64,000 nucleotides of DNA from Alkalilimnicola ehrlichii. Lineage in GTDB: Bacteria; Pseudomonadota; Gammaproteobacteria; Nitrococcales; AK92. This document shows positions 60,608 to 64,000 of this stretch, piece after piece (the first letter of the stretch is position 1; the number at the start of each line of letters is the position of its first letter). Location: contig NZ_NFZV01000001.1 in NCBI RefSeq assembly GCF_003399765.1, positions 345,704 to 409,703 of the forward strand. Reading direction: 5' to 3'. The notes beneath the pieces were generated by a model that worked only from the letters and a program-made list of their open reading frames with translations, ran no database searches and was not told where the DNA came from. Both the position numbers and the translations under genes were made by a program.

Positions 60608-61381
60608 ATGGGGGAATTCGCAAGCCTGAAAGGAAAGAAAGGGCTGGTGGTCGGGATCGCTAACGATCGCAGTATTGCTTACGCTTGCGCGCGCGATTTT
60701 CGGGCGCAGGGAGCTGAGTTAGCTGTTACCTATTTGAACGAGAAGGCCAAGAGTTACGTCGAGCCTTTGGCTAGGGATTTGGATTGTTCGTTGTTTATCC
60801 CTTGCGATGTGCGCGAGCCGGGCCAGTTAGAGGCCGTTTTCGAGCGCATCGGGGCGGAGTGGGGCGAACTCGACTTTCTGCTGCACTCCATCGCCTTCGC
60901 CCCGCGCGAGGATTTGCATGGGCGGGTCGTCGATTGCTCGCAGGCGGGATTTGCGCAGGCGATGGATGTGTCCTGCCATTCGTTTATCCGGATGGCGCGT
61001 TTGGCCGAGCCGTTGATGAAAAATGGCGGTTGCCTGCTGACCGTGAGCTTTTACGGCGCTGAAAAGGTGGTCGAGCACTACAACCTGATGGGGCCGGTAA
61101 AAGCGGCTTTAGAGGCCTCGGTACGCTATCTTGCCGCCGAGCTGGGGCCGCAAGGCATCCGTGTGCATGCCTTATCGCCGGGGCCTTTGAAAACTCGGGC
61201 CGCCTCCGGCATCGATCGTTTTGACGAATTGATGGAAAACGCCGCTGCGCGCGCACCTCAACATCAATTGGCCGATATCCGCGATGTCGGTGCAACCGCT
61301 GCCTTATTGGTGAGCGATCGCTCCCGTACCTTAACGGGCAATATCATCCGTATCGACGCTGGCTACCACATCGTCGGCTAG
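60608..61381 (+). CDS. fabI: enoyl-[acyl-carrier-protein] reductase (NADH)
   Basis: 257 aa; GIANDRSIAY; catalytic YxxMxxxK (YNLMGPVK). Confidence 0.9.
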   Translation: MGEFASLKGKKGLVVGIANDRSIAYACARDFRAQGAELAVTYLNEKAKSYVEPLARDLDCSLFIPCDVREPGQLEAVFERIGAEWGELDFLLHSIAFAPREDLHGRVVDCSQAGFAQAMDVSCHSFIRMARLAEPLMKNGGCLLTVSFYGAEKVVEHYNLMGPVKAALEASVRYLAAELGPQGIRVHALSPGPLKTRAASGIDRFDELMENAAARAPQHQLADIRDVGATAALLVSDRSRTLTGNIIRIDAGYHIVG

Positions 61382-61405
61382 CCAACAAAGTAAAAGAAGG
61401 AAATC

Positions 61406-62824
61406 ATGGTGGGATTTATCGAGAATTTTCCCTATGAGGAATTGCACGTCGGGCAGCAGGCGATGCTTAAGCGCCGCTTGGTCTTGGATGAGCTGAAGCT
61501 GTATGCGGAGAGTGCGGCGGAGGCCGTGCCCACGCGTATGGACGAGACCCTCGCCACTAGCGACTTGTTCCATCAGTTGATCGCTCATGGAATGTGGGGC
61601 AATGCCTTAGTGGCGATTGTAATCGCGACCGAGTTGCCGGGGCCGGGCACGCGCTTATTAGAGCAGCGGTTGAACTATAAGGATCAAGTCTCGCTTGGCG
61701 AGTGTGTCACCGTTACCGTGACGGTGAAGGAAAAACTCAACGAGCGGCGGGTGCTGTTGGAGTGTCTTTGCGTTGCCGACGACGAGCGCGTCGCGTTGGC
61801 TGGCGATATCCTGGTGGAGGTGCCCAAAGACAAGATTAAACGCCCCTTGAAAGAAGTGAAGGGTATCAACGGTAGCGGCCGCCATCGGCAGCTGGAACGT
61901 ATGTTGGCGATGGCGGAAGGCTTGGAGCCGGTGAAAACGGCTGTGGTTCACCCGGTCGACGATGCCTCGTTGCGCGGTGTGGTCGAGGCGGCGCGACATC
62001 GCCTGATTGCGCCGATTCTGGTCGGTCCGCCGCAGAAAATCAACGCGGCAGCCGATGCGGCCGAGCTCGATATTGCCGGTTTCGAGATCGTTGCTACCGA
62101 GCATAGTCATGAGGCCGCCGAGCGAGCGATGGACATGGTGCGCGCCACCGAGGTCGAGCTGGTGATGAAGGGCGCCCTGCATACCGACGAACTCATGGGC
62201 GCCGCCGTTCACAAGGAAAAAGGCGTGCGTACCGAGCGACGCATGAGTCATGTTTGGGTGATGGATGTGCCGACCTACCCGCGGCCTTTGTTCATCACCG
62301 ATGCCGCCATTAACATTAATCCAAACCTGGTGGTAAAGCGCGACATCGTACAAAACGCCATCGAGCTGGCGCATGCCTTGGGCATCGAAGAGCCGAAAGT
62401 GGCGATTCTGTCGGCAACCGAATCGGTTAATCCCTTAATGCCGTCGACGTTGGATGCCGCGGCGCTATGTAAAATGGCCGATCGCGGGCAGATAAGAGGC
62501 GGTCTTCTCGATGGTCCGCTGGCGTTCGATAACGCGATTTCGGAAGCGGCCGCTCGCACCAAGAATATCCGCTCGAAGGTGGCGGGGCACGCCGATATTC
62601 TGCTCGCCCCCGATATGGAAGCCGGCAACATGATCGGTAAGCAGTTGAACTATTTGGCCGATGCCGATGCGGCCGGTATTGTGCTCGGCGCTCGGGTGCC
62701 GATTATTTTGACCAGCCGGGCCGACGATACCGTCTCCCGCTTGGCTTCCTGCGCCATCGCTCGCCTGCTGGCCGAGAAAAAGCGCCGGGAAGTGCAGGAT
62801 GCAGCCGCGGCAGCATTGAGGTAA
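61406..62824 (+). CDS. bifunctional MaoC-like enoyl-CoA hydratase / phosphate acyltransferase (Pta/Ptb family)
   Basis: 472 aa; N-terminal hotdog domain plus a C-terminal phosphotransacetylase domain. Confidence 0.8.
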   Translation: MVGFIENFPYEELHVGQQAMLKRRLVLDELKLYAESAAEAVPTRMDETLATSDLFHQLIAHGMWGNALVAIVIATELPGPGTRLLEQRLNYKDQVSLGECVTVTVTVKEKLNERRVLLECLCVADDERVALAGDILVEVPKDKIKRPLKEVKGINGSGRHRQLERMLAMAEGLEPVKTAVVHPVDDASLRGVVEAARHRLIAPILVGPPQKINAAADAAELDIAGFEIVATEHSHEAAERAMDMVRATEVELVMKGALHTDELMGAAVHKEKGVRTERRMSHVWVMDVPTYPRPLFITDAAININPNLVVKRDIVQNAIELAHALGIEEPKVAILSATESVNPLMPSTLDAAALCKMADRGQIRGGLLDGPLAFDNAISEAAARTKNIRSKVAGHADILLAPDMEAGNMIGKQLNYLADADAAGIVLGARVPIILTSRADDTVSRLASCAIARLLAEKKRREVQDAAAAALR

Positions 62825-62828
62825 GCCG

Positions 62829-64000
62829 ATGCAGGAAGCCATTCTCGTCCTTAACGCCGGTTCTTCCAGCATCAAGTTCGCCATCTATGCCTTGGGAGAG
62901 GGCGATAGCCTGACGCTACGCGTCGCCGGGCAGGCTCAGGGCATTCCCGAGCGGCCAGGGATTGTGATGTATTCGGGCGACGGCGAGAAGCTGCAAACGA
63001 TGCAGTTGCCTCGCGGTGCGGATCACGAGCACGCGTTAAGTATGCTGACCGACTTCGCGAGTCTGTACGTGGAGGACTTGGAGTTTATTGCCTGCGGGCA
63101 CCGGGTGGTGCACGGGGGTACGGACTATGCCGAGCCGGTGTTGATCGACCACGAAGTCTACCGGCGTTTGGAGCGTTTAATACCGTTAGCTCCCTTGCAC
63201 CAGCCGCACAATTTGCGGGCCGTTAAAGCCTTCGAGCAATTGTATCCGACAACGCCGCAGATCGCCTGTTTCGACACGGCATTTCATCGGACTCAGCCGG
63301 CTGTGGCGCAAGCTTTTGCTCTGCCCCATAAGTATACGGAGCAGGGTGTGCTACGTTACGGTTTTCACGGTTTGTCGTACGAGTACATCGCGCAGGCGTT
63401 GCATGGCTACGACAAGCTGGCAGCGACAGGCCGCGTCGTTGTTGCGCACCTAGGCAACGGCGCCAGCATGTGCGCCATTTCCCGCGGGCAGAGCATTGCC
63501 ACAAGTATGGGGTTTACCGCACTCGACGGCCTGCCGATGGGGCAGCGCTGCGGTAACATCGACCCCGGCGTTGTGCTGTATCTCATGCAAAACGAAGGAA
63601 TGTCGGTCGAGGAAGTCGAGGAACTGCTTTACCGGCGCTCCGGTCTGTTGGGAATGTCCGGCATTAGCTCCGACATGCGCGAGCTACTCGACAAGGAAGA
63701 CGACCCCCGTGCGTGTCGGGCATTGGATGTATACACCTACCGCGCGCAACGTGAGATCGGCTCTTTGGTCGCCGCGTTGCGCGGTATGGATGCCTTGGTG
63801 TTCACCGCGGGCGTGGGCGAGAACGCCCCCGCGATCCGTGAGTGGATCTGTCAGGATCTTACCTGGCTCGGCGTGTACCTGGACCACGAAGCGAACGATG
63901 CCGGCGAGGCGCGCATCAGCACCGAAGATAGTCCGGTATCGGTGTGGGTGATTCCAACCGACGAAGAGCTGATGATCGCCCGCCACACTTTAAAGCTTGT
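62829..64000 (+). CDS. ackA: acetate/propionate kinase (partial, runs off the window end)
   Basis: reading frame open from the ATG at ~62829 to the end of the window; LVLNAGSSSIKF and HLGNGAS motifs; not in the ORF track because no stop lies within the window. Confidence 0.8.
   Translation, partial: MQEAILVLNAGSSSIKFAIYALGEGDSLTLRVAGQAQGIPERPGIVMYSGDGEKLQTMQLPRGADHEHALSMLTDFASLYVEDLEFIACGHRVVHGGTDYAEPVLIDHEVYRRLERLIPLAPLHQPHNLRAVKAFEQLYPTTPQIACFDTAFHRTQPAVAQAFALPHKYTEQGVLRYGFHGLSYEYIAQALHGYDKLAATGRVVVAHLGNGASMCAISRGQSIATSMGFTALDGLPMGQRCGNIDPGVVLYLMQNEGMSVEEVEELLYRRSGLLGMSGISSDMRELLDKEDDPRACRALDVYTYRAQREIGSLVAALRGMDALVFTAGVGENAPAIREWICQDLTWLGVYLDHEANDAGEARISTEDSPVSVWVIPTDEELMIARHTLKL

Overview
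The window is a gene-dense, high-GC (~62%) chromosomal segment of Gram-negative, probably gammaproteobacterial, type. No integrase, transposase, CRISPR array or rRNA gene is visible. In order it contains:

- An Mla/MCE-type ABC lipid-transport operon (a permease with a fused STAS domain, an ATPase, an MCE protein and a PqiC-like lipoprotein).
- `etfBA`.
- An IclR-linked acyl-CoA catabolic block: acyl-CoA dehydrogenase, ligase and thioesterase on one strand; thiolase, `gcdH` and ETF-ubiquinone oxidoreductase on the other.
- `rsmJ`, a class I PHA synthase, a protein with an HDOD (putative signalling) domain, `purEK` and `rdgC`.
- A secreted polysaccharide deacetylase and a TPR/YfaP-like protein.
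- An `rtcR`-`rtcB`-`rtcA` RNA-repair module. The divergent side of `rtcR` carries a sigma54-like promoter aimed at a tRNA-like element followed by a cluster of perfect hairpins.
- An SPFH protein, an OXA-type class D beta-lactamase and a CYTH protein.
- A FecI/FecR-like cell-surface-signalling pair, then a TonB-dependent transducer, a PKD-repeat lipoprotein, a TbpB-fold hemophilin-like secreted protein and a Slam/DUF560 outer-membrane protein (type XI secretion).
- A cobalamin riboswitch upstream of `nrdD`, a separate small glycyl-radical ORF, and `nrdG`.
- Formaldehyde detoxification genes (`frmA`, `frmB`, a LysR regulator), then `tesA`, `ybbA`, `ybbP`, a PhaJ-like hydratase, an MscS channel, a second PHA synthase, `fabI`, a MaoC-phosphotransacylase fusion and a partial `ackA`.

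The most interesting loci are the type XI secretion cluster and the rtc/tRNA-like RNA region. An important caveat applies throughout: at least 11 sites in at least 7 genes show single-base deletions inside short homopolymers. These are best read as sequencing or assembly errors, not pseudogenes. My hand-counted coordinates may be off by 1-2 nt.
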